Below are positions 10,875-28,500 of a stretch of 64,000 bases of DNA, one piece after another; positions within the stretch are counted from its first letter, which is position 1, and each line of letters opens with the position of its first letter. This DNA is from the human T2T-CHM13v2.0 reference genome, Homo sapiens: NCBI RefSeq assembly GCF_009914755.1, contig NC_060929.1. The stretch is one strand, 5' to 3'. The notes below the pieces were generated by a model. That model had not been told where the DNA came from, searched no databases, and saw only the letters and a program-made list of their open reading frames with translations. A program made the translations under genes and the position numbers.

Positions 10875-11030
10875 TTTTAAAAGAAGATTCGTTGAGATAT
10901 AATTAACATACCGGAAAACTTATCTATTTTAAGTGTACAGTTCAATGATGTTTGGTATATTTAAAGAGTAGTGCAACCTTCACAGCAATCTAATTTTAGA
11001 AATTTCTGTCTTCCCAAAATGAAACCCTGT
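10875..11030 (-). mobile_element. L1MB-like 3' end fragment
   Basis: gttgagatataatt...ttaagtgtacagttcaatga...atctaattttagaa. Confidence 0.6.
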
Positions 11031-11299
11031 ATGCTTTGGAAGTCTTGCATCTGGCCTCCTCTGCTGAGGATACTGTTTCTGAGTTTCGCTGCTAGTGGCT
11101 TTCTTCACAATAGCTGGAGAGTGAAGAGTGTCTGTCTGCTGAAGGATGACTAAGCAGAGTGTGGTTTATCCGCACAGGGGAACAGCACTGAGCAACCACG
11201 GGGGAGGGCTTTGTTGTTTGTAGAAGGAGACTAGACCCTGTTATAGGCAGATGGAGGGGAGGCAGCAGGAGGCTGGGCCCATCCTCCCAGCTCTGAGCT

Positions 11300-11500
11300 G
11301 GAAAGAAGGGAAGGAAGGAGGAAGGGAGGAAGGAGAAAGGGAGGAGAGAGAAAAAAGAGGAAGAAGGAAAAAGGAAGGAATAAAAAAGAGAAAAATTGAA
11401 GGAAGAAAGAGGGAAGGAAGGAAGGGAGGGAGGAAAGGAAGAAAAGGAGGAAAAGGAAGGCGAGAAAGGAAGAAAGGAAAAGGAAGAAAAAAAAGAGGGA
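11300..11500. repeat. GA-rich polypurine low-complexity tract
   Basis: About 200 bp of almost pure G/A (gaag, ggaa units). Confidence 0.9.
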
Positions 11501-14500
11501 GACACAGCAGCTACCACAGTGTTTAGAAAGCTCTTTATATGCCTACGTAAGAAATTACGTGTATACAAATATATATTTTTCTAAGTAATATATACATTTA
11601 GAAAAATGTTAAAATGGATAAGTAGTTCTAAGATGCTTAGTACAATGTGTAATTTCCTGCCCTGCCATCTGCAGCTTCAAGTCCTGCTTTTTAGAGGCAG
11701 CGTTTGCAGTTATTCTGACGTTATTTTTTAGCATTCACTCTCATATTATAAAGTAATAATCTTACACTTCTTTGTTGACCTTATCTATGCCTGAAATTAA
11801 TTAATTAATTAATTATTGGCTTCCCATTTTGGAAGGTGAGGGCTAAGGGGAGTGACTCAAGGCTGAAGTGGCATTGTCACCATGAGGACCCTCAGCCCCA
11901 GGATGTACCCTGTCGCTTCTCAGAGTTCCCCAGTGGCCCCTGGAGAGCAGTTGCACCTGTAGCCCTGGGTGGCAATCCGGCCAGCACACGTGGACGGCGG
12001 CGGGTGGTTATGCCTCCGTTCACCCAGAGCAGTCCCTCCACTTTTGTTTTTCAAATTCTCCCAAGTACATCGAGAGGCATCCAGCCCAGTGTTCTGGCTT
12101 TGTCTTGCTTCCTCTTTCAGGAGTGTTATGGTCAATGAGAAGTCGAGGCCCCTCAGCCTCTGGGGGAGCACAGCAAGCCAGGCGGCCACCCCAGGAGGCC
12201 CTGACACAGGTGCTGCATTTGCCACCCCATTGCCACCCGTGGCTCCACTGCATACCTGTGGGTGACTTTGCTCCCCACAACCACCCTGCCCTGCATCCTT
12301 TGCTGGACATTCTTTGCGGTGTTTAGGAACATTCTAAATCTCTTTATGGAATGCATCATCAAGAGCAGTGAAACTTTAGAGAACTGTTTTTGCTCCAGCC
12401 ACTGCAGTGCCCACATCCCACTGCTAACACTGGACTGTACTTGCAGAAGAGTGCTCTCTGAAATTGCCAACAACCTCTCCTAGTCTTTTGCTGAATGGTC
12501 CCAGCATCTGCTCAGGAGACACAGGACTGATCTGCTCAGGATCCTTAGGCAGTGTCCCCTCTCCTGGCCTCCTCTCCAGAGACGGCAACACCAGGCCGGA
12601 GGCAAGGGACAACCTCAGCCTCCTGTTAACACCAGCTGGGGCTTGCTCCTGTACATGCATGGGTCCCAGGCTAAAGGGGAGCTCCGGGAGACCTCTGTCC
12701 TCCTGGCGTGCAGTGAGGCCTCCAGTGTTTCTATTAGAGTATATTGTTTTTACTTTAGTTGGAACATATACTTGAGTTTTGTTTAATTTGTGTCCAAATT
12801 GTTACTCTGTTGACACAGAGACCTCACCGAAAGTTCTCTTTGATAGTATCCTCTTTGCTGTGTACAGTCTTTAGGCCTGCCTGTGAGTCTACATGCACTT
12901 GTGTGTGTGTACACGAGTACATGCTGGTGTGCAGGGCAGGCTGTGTGTGACTGCACACATGTGTGTATGTGTGGGGTACATGTGCGCTTGACTTTTCTAG
13001 AATGTCCAGATGTGCGGGTCTCTGGGGACAGGCCTCAGAGAGGTTGCCCACAGCTATCACGGCTACTAATAGGTGGTATAATATCGTCATTTCCATTTGA
13101 TTGCAGGACCTGTTTTTATTTTGTTTTTTGGGGGCTGAGCAACAATCTGACTCATTCATTTTCCTTTGAGTGAGAATCTGACAATGTAAGAAAGCATGTT
13201 TTTTAAAAACAAGTTCTATCATAAGTGTATCCGTAAAATGGTCTTAATTGATCCAAATCATAATAAGGAATTTTAAAACTTGCCTATAACCAGCACCAGA
13301 GTATCTCTGACTTAGATCTTCTCTAATTCTAACATTCTTCTTTCTGGGTCTGCGATTCTCCTTTAGAGCCTCATTTCATGTCAGGTCTGATCTTTGTTGG
13401 AACGGGATACTGTTGTGAGGGTCACACTCGGGTCGGCAGCAGCTCCCTGTGGTCAATGAGTTCCAAGCTTGTTTCGAAGTGAAAGAAGCAGGAGGAGTGT
13501 TTGGGACCAGGGCTCTGGAAGGGCCACCAAGCCAGCCAGAAACAGAGGAAGCTGCGCAGCCCCATGGGGAATGTCGCCATTTTCTTTTCCAGCCAGGCCA
13601 GGACAGAAGTCCAGTACAAGCTCATGGTCATAGCTGCGAGTTTGGGGGCAGCACGGAAAGGCACGCTTTCTGCTGCTTCTCTCGGTAGCACATCCGTCAT
13701 AGCCACTTGCACTCACCAGGGACCATGGAAGCCGCCCCTCTCCCTGCCAGCCACGCTTCTCCCATCTTCCATGGACAGTCACATCCTGCTTCCCTGCCCG
13801 GGGTCCCAGGGTGAGTGCTTGGGCAAGTGGGGTCCTTCCTGCCCGCCCGCCACCACACCCAAGGCCCTCAGCTCTGCACCAGCCTTCGCTTGAGCATGCA
13901 GGGACATTCTGGCGATGCCTCTGTCAAAAGCACAGGCTCCTGTTCCTCCTGCAGTCTAGCACGCGTCACTAACGTAACAGGTATTTGATGTGTTTCATGA
14001 AGAAATGGACAAGAACTTAATGCGACGGACTTTACAATGTTGTTTTTAGAGGTCTTCAAGGGATCGATATGGCACGAGAGCAGAAGATGTGGAGTGTGCT
14101 GACAGGGTTACTCCTCTGAGGGTGCAAAGGTAGGGCAAGTGATGAGGGCAGGGAACAGGCTGTGCTTCTGAAGGTGCAGAGCTGGGAACCACATCAGCAC
14201 CTGCACTCTGGGGAGCTTCTGTGCAAACAGGGGTTTCAGAAGTGTCAGCTGGACAAGTGGGTCATGGCCATCTCATAGGCAGTGTCCTCATGGCTCTTCT
14301 ACTTTAAGGAAGGCATAGCAGAGAAGGCACGGAACATTTCACGAGGATGAACGTCAGTTCTAGGTACAATATGGGACTGTGGCATGGTTTTTCTTTGTTT
14401 CTAAAAACAGAGTTCTTATCTACAGGAAGATTTGTAAGGATACAAACAGAATTTCCATTGCTTTTATCATAAGGAATGAAATCTATGGCATGAAAGGAGA

Positions 14501-15170
14501 AATATTCACATTTTATCACTCCTATACTTTTTGACCATTTTACAATAAGCATGTATTTGCTGATTAAAAAAATTTGCATACAAAAGTGTTGAATTGGAGG
14601 TATATCTCAATGAAATGAGAACAAAATGTTTTTATATATGTTATCTTTTGCAATCTCTGAGTTTTCCACAGATTTATATGACTGAGAGAAATGTTACTTT
14701 CATACACAGATATTTGGATTAAGGTAGACTATTACACAACTAAGATAACAGTCTATCTTAATTCAATTCTGCCCACACACATGTATTTCCAATTCATATT
14801 TAAAACTGAAGTGTTTTTATTAATATATCTTCTCATAGATTAGAAGCCTTGTTTTTTTCAACATTGGCATGTTTATTTACTGAATTTATCTTAAAATAGA
14901 TGTAAAAGTTTCAAAATCATAATACTGACATGACTACTAACAATAAATGTACTGAGAACAGTTTTAAAAAAATCTTTGCACATCTTTTTGCATCTATGAA
15001 ATATCACACTTGGGATCTATACTGAAAGCATCATGTTCAAACTTCCTTGAAACTATTGTTTTATCTGTTATCTACAAAAAGGCTTATTTATTTCTGTATT
15101 CAATTTTAGTGTGTTTCCCTTTTCTGACTTGCTTGCAGTTTTGCAAAATAGCTTACCTGGTTTAAAAGTC

Positions 15171-15480
15171 GGCCGGGTGCGGTGGCTTATGCCTGTAATC
15201 CCAACACTTTGGGAGGCTGAGGCAGGCGGATCACCTAAAGTCGGGAGTTCGAGACCAGCCTGACCAACATGGAGAAATGCCATCTCTACTAAAAATACAA
15301 CATTAGCCAGGCCTGGTGCGCACCTGTAATCCCAGCTACTCGGCAGGCTGAGGCAGAAGAATCACTTGAAACCAGGAAGTGGAGGTTGTGGTGAGCTGAG
15401 ATCTCGCGATTGTACTCTAGCCTGGACAACAAGAGCAGAAAATAAATAAATCGATAAATAAGTAAATAAATAAATAAAAA
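15171..15480 (+). mobile_element. Alu (AluSp-like)
   Basis: ggccgggtgcggtggct start, cctgaccaacatggagaaa diagnostic, (taaa)n tail. Confidence 0.95.
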
Positions 15481-16179
15481 GACAAGTTGTAAGAAGTGTG
15501 GTTGGTAGTTTCTGGTGCCTTTCCTTCTCTCCAGCTCACTGCCCCTGCCCTCTCTTCTTCCCTTTCATTAGCTTCCAGGCAGTCTTTCCTGCATTTATTT
15601 TTGCATCTGTAAACACATACATGTATGCATGCGTAAGCATAAGTAAACAAACCCTTTTTCTTTTTATCTTAGGTAAAAGATAACCTATCATATACACTCT
15701 TCTGCAACTTGGTACCTTTCTTAATAATAATGGAGATCACAGTAGTGAGTAGAGATTTTCCTTGTTTAAAAAAACATGTAAATAGCATTTACTTTAGAAA
15801 TTCACAGTAGTTATTCAACCAGATCCAACTGCAGGTAATTTGTGCTGTTTATAATCTTTTGCTCTTATAAACAGTGTGACTACACATGGCCTTCTACACC
15901 TGTTTTTCTGTGTTAGTGAAGACAGTTTCAGAATGGATTCTCAGGAATGGGATTGTGGGCTCCTATAGTGAGTGAGTGTATAATTTTACCAAGAATTGCC
16001 AGGTTTCTGCTGTGTTTTGCACTCCTAACATCGGTGTAAGAGATTGCACGTTCCTTTTGCAGCCTAACCAATTTAGACTGCCTGAAGGAAATTGGGGTCT
16101 TTCTAATATAATATGTGAAAAATAATATCTAACTGGAGTATTTTAGCAGGGCAAAGTTGTACTCATTAAGCCAAAGTTT

Positions 16180-16515
16180 CCACTGCCCTAAATCATCCCA
16201 GGGACAGGTACCAGGCAGCTGGAGATCACACCTGCACCCCAGAGCCCCGGAATCGTACCCAATCAGCCCATGCTAAACTGTCATGTCTGCCCAGACTCAT
16301 CTTTTCCCTGGAAACCCCGGTGAAGGCTCTGGCCTTGGTGTCCCCTGGATCCTGCGTCTGCTCCTGGCCACACCTGATGCTCCTCACATGACCCTGCCTG
16401 ATGAACTACGCTCTCTTTTCTTAGGAAAGTGGGTAATAAATTCTTCTTTCAATAGCATCAGCCTCTCTGCCTGGGCACCTCCGTGAATTAAAATCCTGTT
16501 AGGTACATTTCAGGA
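16180..16515 (+). mobile_element. ERVL LTR fragment (MER54/MER73/MER74-like) inserted in an old L1
   Basis: caggtaccaggcagct...ccccagagccc...ggaaaccc...aaggctct...gtaataaattcttc resembles the recalled consensus. Confidence 0.55.
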
Positions 16516-17906
16516 TGAAGTGGCATCCCACTGTGGTTTAATTCAAATTTTCTAAATGACAAACGATGTTGATCGTCTTTCCATGTACTTTCTTGCCACC
16601 CAGGTGTCTTCTTCTTTGAAGCATCTTCTCAACTCTTTTGGCAATTTTTAAATTGTCTTACTTTTCTTCTAATTATTTCCTTATAAAGAGCTTTTACATA
16701 TTATGGTCACAGCCCTTTTTTAGATAAATGTTTTGTAAATACTTTCTCCCAATCTGCAGTTTGCCTTTTTCATCTTTTAACTTTATTAATCAAGTTTTTC
16801 AATTAGCAAAACTTTCAATTTTGATAAAGCTCCAATTTACAACATCTCCTTTCTTTTGCTTTGCCTTGTGTATATATGTGACCATGTCTTCCCTTTAAGA
16901 AGTGTTTGCTTAATCCAAGGTCATAAAGATTTTCTCTTATTTAATTTTTAGAACTTTTTATGGTTTAATTCTTTGGTTTAAGTCTTTTACAATTTATTTT
17001 GGAATATTTTGTTTATGGTGTGTCATGAACATAAGGGTCAATATTTATTTTTCCCCATACAGTATCAATTATTAAAGACTATTTTTCCATGGAATTATCT
17101 TGGTGCCTTTGACAAAAATCATTTGACTATTCGAGCATGGGTCAATTTCTAGCTTTTTAACTCTTCCATTAGTATTTATGTCTATCCTTAGATCAATACC
17201 CTACTGTTTTGTTTATTATCTCTTTAGAGTAAGTGTTAAATCATGTAGTGTGTGTTTTCCACCTTTTCTTTTATAAAATTGTTTTGGAAGTTCTAATTTA
17301 TTTACATTACATACTAATTTTGAATTAGCTTCTCAATTTCTACAAAACACCTGCTATAATTTGATTGGAATTAAATTGACAATACAGATCAATTTGTGAA
17401 TTCCTCTCTTAAAGATATGGACTCATTCAGTTCATATATATGGTATATGTTTCTTTTCACTTAGGTTTTAAAAGATTTTTCTCAGCAATGTTTTATGGTT
17501 TTTAGTGTGCAGATATTGAACACATTTAATAAAATTATGCCTAAGCATTTTATCTATTTATGTATTATTTATGCTTTTGGAAATGTATTTTTGTAGCATA
17601 TTTTTAATTACTTATTGTGAATATATAGAAGTACAACTGATTTTTTTTGTACAGTAACTCCATGTTCTACAACCTTGCTAACTTCCGTAATTAGTTATAT
17701 TAGCTTTTTAGAAGATTTTAAAAAAATCTACATCAATTATTGTGTCTTCTGTAAATAAAGAGTTTTATTTCTTATTTTCTAATTTGTTTGAAAATTTCAT
17801 GTCCTATATTGATTGCAGTGGCTCTGACCTCCAGTGTTCCCTGCCTTGTCTTATCCTAGTTAGGAAGCTCAATCTTTCTTCACTAAATAGAATGCTACCT
17901 GTAAGA

Positions 17907-18245
17907 GTTTTTTTGTTTTGTTTTGTTTTTGTTTGTTTTTTTTTGTTTGTTTTCTTTTTAGATGGACTTTCACTCTTGTTGCCCAGGAAGGAGTGCAATG
18001 GAGTGATCTCGGCTTACCGCAACCTCCACCTTCCAAATTCAAGCGATTCTCCTGCCTCAACCTCCTGAGTAGCTGGGATTACAGGCATGGGTCACCACAC
18101 CCGGCTAATTGTTTTTTGTATTTTTGGTAGAGACAGGGTTTCTCTATGTGGGTCAGGCTGGTCTTCAACTCCGGACTTCAGGTGATCCGCTCGCCTTGGC
18201 CTCCCAAAGTGCTGGGATTACAGACATGAGCCACCAAACCCGGCT
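17907..18245 (-). mobile_element. Alu (AluSp/Sq-like)
   Basis: Antisense Alu dimer with a (ttttg)n tail. Confidence 0.93.
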
Positions 18246-19647
18246 GACCAATTTTTTTGTTTGTTTGTTTTGTTTTTCGACGTCCTTCATCAGGTTGAGA
18301 AAGTTTCCCTCTATCTAGTTTTCTAAGAATTTGTATCATGAGTGGAGGGCTGCACTTTTTCTGGAAATTATTTTTCCACACCTATTAAGATAAACATTTT
18401 TTTTTATTTACTTCTATTATTATAATATGGTGTGCTACATTAATTGATCTTCAAATGTTAAGCCAACCTTGAATTTGAGATGAATACCACTTAGGGTTAA
18501 ATTATCATTTACCAGACATTAATATCTCTCATGAACATAGAAAGAAAAATCATCAAATACATGAGTGAATCATGGTCAGTAGCATACCACAGGCTAACAC
18601 ACTATGCACAAATTGGGTTCATCCCAAGAATTTAAGATTAACACCATTTTGGAAAATCAATCCATGTAAGTCACCATCTGAATAGAATAAAGAAGAAAAA
18701 CCATATAACCATTTCAATAGATGCAAAAAGAGCTGTTGACAAAATTTACAACTCCTTCATTAAGAACACACAGAAAACTGGGTAGAGTCAAATTTCTCAT
18801 TCTGACAAAAGACATCAGCAAAACATCTAGAGCTGACATCATTGTTCATTATGAAATATTGAGTGCTTTTAAAGATTGGGAGCAGGGTAAAAACGTCTAC
18901 TTCTATTCAACAATGTACTAGAGGTCTTAGCCAGTATAATAAGTCAAGAAGCACAGGCATACATTTGCATGTAAACAAACAAATGAATCAGTAAGACAAA
19001 GTGCAGAAAGTTTTTCTAGACAACCTAGTTTTCTATGAAAAATCCCAAGGCATCTACAAAACATCTCTTAAAATTAACGTGAGAAGTTAACAAAGTCACA
19101 AGTTATAAAGTCCTTGCTTTAAAAAAAAAACACCTATATTTCTACAAAGAGACAACAAATTACAGAAAAATGTCATTTACAAATACCATTTACAATATCA
19201 TCAATAATATTAAACAAATAGGAATGAAATAATCAAATATGATGCACAAAACCTCTACCTGGAAAATTACAACATAGTGTCCAGCATTATTAAAGAGTTA
19301 CACATAAGAAAGTTTATAAATAAGATGAGATACAACACAGTCATGGGTTGAAGCCTCTGCATCGCTAATATTTCCATTCTTCCAAGTTGATACATAGATT
19401 TAATGTAATGCCAATCAAAATCCCAACTGTACCTTTTTGTAGAAACTGATAAATTAATCATAAAGTTTATGTGGAATTAGAAAGGACTAAAATGGTAAAA
19501 TAATTTGGAAATACACATGCCCACCCAGGGAACTTATGCTACTGGATTCCTGGCCTTACCGTAAAGTTACAGTAGTTAAGACGCTTCCATATTAGTGAAA
19601 AGTTGGACACATAGATCAATGGAACAGAATGCAGAGACCAGATACAG

Positions 19648-19735
19648 GAGCTGTGATTGTGGCATTGCACTCTACCCTGGGTGACAGAGTGAGACCCTGT
19701 CTCAAAAACAAATATATAAATAAATAAACAAATAA
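19648..19735 (+). mobile_element. 5'-truncated Alu 3' fragment
   Basis: gagctgtgattgtggcattgcactc...gggtgacagagtgagaccctgtctc followed by an A-rich tail. Confidence 0.75.
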
Positions 19736-19929
19736 CCAGCAAAAGATCTATGGATATAGGATCAGTTAATTATTGATATCAATGTCCTGGTGCTAGAACA
19801 ACTCAATGTCCATATGAACAAGATGAATTAATCATGTCTCCTACCTCTCATCATATAGAAAATTATTTTAAAATGGATCATAGACCTAAATGTAAAAGGA
19901 AAAGCACCTAGAAAAAACATTGGAGTAAA

Positions 19930-20320
<391 letters not shown>

Positions 20321-22914
20321 TTAAAAAAGAAATAAAATTCTCTTTAGGTGACAAGGATTATAAAATGAGAAAGCAAGATACAACATACATGTATATAAAC
20401 ATAAACATATTAACTATTACAATAATATAGTGTATGCTGTAATTTGTATATAATATTAATTTAATATCATATTATTGTATAATAATATTATAGTCTATTG
20501 ACAAGAGACTTGTATATATAGCATATCTTATATCACAAAAAAATGAGCTTAATACAAAATTCGCAAATGTCTTGATTTGACACTTCTCAAAAGAAGTTAT
20601 ATAAAAGGTCAATAAGTGTTTTTGGAATGATTCACATCAGTCTTGAGAGAAACATAAATCTAAACCATAATAAGATACTGCAACACATTGGTGAGAATGT
20701 TTAAAGTTAAAAAGGCAAACAATATCAGCATTGGAGCAACTGAGATTCTCAAGCAGCATTGGTAGAAGTGTAAAATTATACTAGAACTTTGGAGAACTGT
20801 TTGGCAGTTTAACATAACCTTAAACGTACACTTACCACTTGTTCGGGAAGTTCTACTTCTAGTTATTTACCCAAGATAAATAAAAACGTGGGTCTCCTGA
20901 AAGATTTGGCTCAAATGCTTGTGATAGCCTTATTACAATTGCCTCAAACTGGCAACAACCAAAATATTCATCAACATTTGGCCATTCCGAGTGGTTTAGT
21001 GTTCTAATTATAGGATGTAATATATACAAGCATAGAATGGAAGGAACCACACACCCAGCACAGGTGAATCTCAATATCATCATGCTGAATGGGAGAAAAC
21101 AGATACAAAAAAGCACATCCTGTGATTTGATTTATGTGGCAGTCTATACCGTCTCCAGAGCAATACTGATTAATGCTAATCAATGGTGATAGAAGTCTCC
21201 TGGGACTGAGAGAAGGGAAGACTGAGAAGGGACGGGAGAGCATTGTATGGGATGATGGAAGTGTTTTATATGCTAGTTGGGGTTGTGATTACATGGGTGT
21301 CATATGTGTAAAAACTACCAAATTTTACACTTTATATCTGGGCTTTTTAATGTACATAATTTATACCTCAATTAATAAAACATATACTTGCATTTTTACT
21401 GAAATTATAATGTTTAAAATACTCACTGAAGAGTTTGTACTTATGTTACAACGCCTATTTATAAACTCTTGGCAGACTGGATGTTATCATTTTTATCTTT
21501 CTGATCTGATATGTGATAAGTAATATTTTACTTGTTCTAACTCTCCTTTGTTTTTATTGTATTTGAGGCTGGACATTGTTTCACGTATTTATTTATCAAT
21601 TATCTTTCTGTTTCTGTAAACTGTCTCTTCAGGTCCTTTTCTGTCTACTCGATTGTTAATCTTCTGTTGTTAAAAGATATCTTTATATTTTTATGATATT
21701 AAGCCTTTTACAGCCATAGAAATTAAGATTATTTTCCTCATGGTTTTGGTCTTTCAAGTTAGTTTAATTTTTTTTCTTTTTACTTTCACTCCAGCTGGTG
21801 TAAACCTGTGAAATGTTTTTTAGCTTACATACATTCTTGATTTTTAACAGTATAATATATTAATAATTTATGGGTTGTAATCTTTTGGTTGATTAAAATC
21901 ATTTTTTCTAAGTCATGAAATAAAAATATGCATTTTTTTCTTATATCTGTTGGACTTTCACATTAACATTTTAAATTTATTTGGAATTTACTTTTTAATC
22001 ATGTAAGGTAACATTTATTAAATCAATAGCAAATTTTCTCAAGCCTCTAATTCATCTCCTCTACTGATTACATATCTGAAATGATCCCCCTTTTCCATAT
22101 TAAAATTCTCCAAATCTGTGTTTCTTATCTAGTCCGTATGTTTCTTTTTCTAATGTTGTTTTTATTTTTATCAGAGTTCTATCCCCTCATATTTTAAGGA
22201 CTCAGAGAGCCCCACAGAAGCCCCCTGGCTTCCTCTCCCTGGGTTTCTGCTGCCAGGCACCATGTGTCCTCTCCCCCGTCTGTTGGGCTCCATGATCCAG
22301 GTGCTCCATGGAGTTCTTCACTTTAGGAAGATGCAGCGTGGATCCTCTCACCCCTGGCCCTTCTTATCCACCCACTCTCCCAATATACTTATACATGTCC
22401 TTGGTAAGCTTGGTAGAGTTATATTCCAGTGATATAAACGTCATTCACAGATGTGCAGTACATCCTGAGTTAATAGTGGTTTTGTTTTTCTTTTGCTTGA
22501 CTAATTCAAACCCAGACCTATCCCCTATGTATCGCCTCTCTTCTCAGCCATTGGACGCATCAGGCATTCCAACAATTCCATCTCCTCTCCTGCTCTGGTC
22601 AGGACTGGGAGTCACCGCACCTGCGACATCTCTATCACCCCACACTGTCTGTTCACCCCTGGGTCTCCTTGCACATCTCTCCAAACCCACACATTCCCAC
22701 CCAGGGGCTCTTTTCTCTCTCCCCTCCCCGCTTCCCTCTCTCATTTTACTGGAGCACATTTTCCCCAACTTCCTGAAGTAGAGGTTACCGGATAGGTATT
22801 TTGAGTTTTTAAAGTCTGATGATGTATTTCTATTTACCCTAGAATTTTACTGACACTTCAAAAGGTTTAGAATTCAAGACTGAAAATAATTTTCCTTCTG
22901 AATTTTTTAAGTGA

Positions 22915-23110
22915 CTTTTTAATTTTGGAATAATTTAAGACTTGCAGAAAAGTTGCAAAGATTGTACAGAGTTCCGTATCCCCCTTACCCAGGTTCCATC
23001 AGTGTCAAAGTAAAACTTTATGGAACAACTGTCACAAGGAAGAAACAAACATTGGTGTGGTACCAGTAGCCACACTCTAGACACGATCTGGATTCCACCC
23101 ATCCTGTTTC
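22915..23110 (-). mobile_element. L1MC4-like 3' end fragment
   Basis: ttttggaataatttaagacttgcagaaaagttgcaaagattgtacagagttcc...cccttacccag. Confidence 0.6.
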
Positions 23111-23190
23111 CACATTTGTTGAAATAATTAGAGGCTTTTCTTCTTTTATCCGTAAATGGGTGCATTATGTGAATATATTATTTAATATTA

Positions 23191-25480
<2,290 letters not shown>

Positions 25481-26317
25481 GGCCTCCTCTTTTAAAAGTG
25501 TCTACTTAGCATTTTCCGTGGACTCAAACTAACCTCTTCAAAGAGCAAGGATGAGGTTTCAGAAACTTGACTTTTTAGCACCTGTTACCAAAGTGTGACT
25601 TCTGGTTAAATATGGCATCCGGCTTGGGGTCTTTAGAAAACAACGGAAGTGAGAATGAGCGCTCAGAAACATTCTGAGAAAACATTTTTTCCCCAAAGAA
25701 AGGAAGTTTGAGGCCATTCGGAACTGAGGAGGACTCTGGCTGTGGCGTTCATAAGAACAGTCTCAGCGCAGAGAAGGCGGAAGACGGAAAACACACAAAA
25801 CAGCCAGCTGGGAAAGCAGAGGGGAAAAGAAGTCACAATCCTCTCCAGGAAAGAAAGAGCTTTGGGGTTTGCAGGGCTATACTTGGAGAAGGCTCAGTTA
25901 CAAGCTGGCTGCCTGGAGTGGGGGATTCAATGGGAGTTTAGGACACAGGAAAGTCAGCACCAGGGCTTTGATGCGGTGATTTCAGAGGAAATTGGAGATT
26001 GTTAAGAAACATATCTTTGCAGTGAAGCTTCAGTTTATTAACTTCTGAGAGGAAGACAATGAAACTGTCTGGGCTAACGTTGAGGTGCTGCCTCCTCATG
26101 AAGCTGTGTGGGAAGTACCCTGCACCTCGGCCCGGGCGGCTCTGAACCATGGGAGCAGAGCTGGCCTCCTGGGACACTGGCCACTGTGTTGTGACCAACC
26201 CTGGGCAACTCAGCAACTCTTATTTTTGGGGTGTTCAATATCCTGTTTGGTCTTCACCACCTGACCAGATCACTGGACCAAGGTAGGCAGCTCTCTGCCC
26301 GGGACTGGAGGTATTGA

Positions 26318-26699
<382 letters not shown>

Positions 26700-26769
26700 T
26701 ATTTATTAATTTTTTTGTCTGGTAGTTACCTCGTTTGTTAAATGCATCAAAAGCACTTTCTGAGCACGG

Positions 26770-27135
26770 TCACGGTCTGAACTGTGATCTACCCAAATTC
26801 ATATGTGGCAGCCTTAACCCCCAGTACTTTAGAATGGGACTGTATTTGGAAATGGGGCCTTTAAATGGGTGATTAAGTTAAAATGAGGTCCGTAGGGTGG
26901 GCTCAGTCCAGCATGACTGTTGTCCTTAGAAGGAGATGATGCCACCAACATGCACAGAAGAACCACCCTGTGAGGACCTTGGAGGACAGAGACACACCTG
27001 GAGGGATGACACCTGAGGACACAGGGAGACGAGGGCCGCCCGCAAATCAAGGAGAGAGGCCTCAGGAGGAACCAACCCTGCCGAGTCCTGATCTCAGACT
27101 TTTGGGCTCCAGGACTGCGAGACAATAAACTACAG
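26770..27135 (+). mobile_element. MaLR LTR (MLT1A/B-like)
   Basis: cccaaattcatatgt...cagtactttagaatgggactgtatttggaaatgggg...ctccaggactgcgagacaataaa. Confidence 0.75.
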
Positions 27136-28279
27136 ATGAAGCCCCAGGCTTTTGTTTTCCTGGGGTTTATTCTCAAGTGGGAATGAGGATGGAAATCACA
27201 AATTGAGAAATCACACCAGCATCAGGAACCTCTTATGGCCTCTCCTGAGGGTGACACCAACTTCCGTGGTGTTTGCAATAGTCCCCTGCCCACTAAACTG
27301 TATGCCATAACCTAGTGAAGAAAGAATGGTCCACCACACTTCCCAAGTGATTTCTCTCTGGAGGGGTGCTCAGAATATAGATTGGGGTTTTGAAATAGAT
27401 GAAATTGTTGGCAGAATTCTTGAGAGCAGGGAAGTGGTGGGATGCCAGCCTGCCTGAAAGCACGTGCCCTCGACCACTCCAAGCACGCGGGACGCAGGCT
27501 GAGGAAGTCATGGAGAGCCAGGGACTCCCCCACATTTTGTGAAAATTGGGTAAGAAGACAAGGAGATCTAATTTTATTTTTCGGGGAATCTGTCCTTGCG
27601 TTCGCAAAAGGAAATTGAAGCCAGAATGAGCAGGGGCACCAGAATGTTCTGTTTATATATTCAGATGTTTACTGCATGCTCACTATGTACAAGGACACTT
27701 AGCAGTGTGGAGCAGAAAGAGTTGATGAAACAGTTTCCACCCGCACCCACTGGAAGATTTGGAGAGATCACACTTAGCTAAAGATGCTAATCTTCACCTA
27801 TCTGTGTAATACAGAGAACGGTGCAGCAGGGAGGGCACAATTTCAGAAGAGGAGCTCCAAGTCCATTACCCACCTCTGAAGGGACGGGGCGCTTGATGCT
27901 GAATGGTGAGATTCAGCCAACCCTCCCTGGCTGCATGTACACACATTTGAAGCAGGAGCCTGCATTCACAGCCAGCTCTCATCACCAGTGGTTCTTCTTG
28001 GTCTCCTCTCTTTGTCTCCTGAGAATCTGCTGAGGAATGATAACCTTTCCAGGGCTTAGAGTGTGTTTTACACTTTTTATTTCTAAAAGTATGACCCATG
28101 TCGAAGAACCTTTGTTTGGCCTGTATCCATTTCCCGTGTGGTTTTTAACAAGCAGTTTCTCACCTATAGCTTGACCACCTTTGCTGTTGGGTGGAGTAAC
28201 ATGGCCTGTGTCTCAATGGCTCATCATCTTCCTCAGTGTGGACTTTCAGGAGGGTGCTCTGGTAGTGGGATGAGCCCCA

Positions 28280-28500
28280 TCACTCCGAGCTCTGCCCCTG
28301 CCTTCACACAGCTTTCTCCTCTGGTCTGTGTTTCTCCTCTTCTTAGAATGACACCTGTTACTGGATTTAGGCCCATTCTAACCTGGGCTGATCTTTACCT
28401 TATTCACAACTGCAAAGAACCTATTTCCAAATAAGGTTGGATTCACAGGTTCTGGTGATGGTGTCTTTTTTGGGGGTAAAGGAGACCATCCAATCCACTA
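28280..28500 (-). mobile_element. MaLR LTR fragment (MLT1C-like)
   Basis: ctggatttaggccca...ctgcaaagaacctatttccaaataagg...attcacaggttctgg. Confidence 0.65.

Larger units (their letters stand above)
15600..18495 (-). mobile_element. Old L1M element(s), ORF2/3' region, interrupted by an LTR and an Alu
   Basis: T-rich antisense L1 motifs ccactgtggtttaatt, tgcctttgacaaaaatca and ctataatttgattggaatt...agatcaattt. Confidence 0.75.

Noticed and set aside
11092-11584. Phe/Ser-rich and Lys/Glu/Arg-rich ORFs
   Set aside because: Translations of the GA-rich low-complexity tract.
11796-11817. (AATT)n palindromic run as a homeodomain site array
   Set aside because: Most simply a short microsatellite, with no other support.
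13420-13900. Overlapping 80-130 aa ORFs in a GC-richer unique patch (similar clusters at 11.8-12.8, 29.3-29.9, 55.0-55.8 and 62-64 kb)
   Set aside because: No recognisable homology or consistent splice pattern; non-coding exons cannot be excluded from sequence alone.
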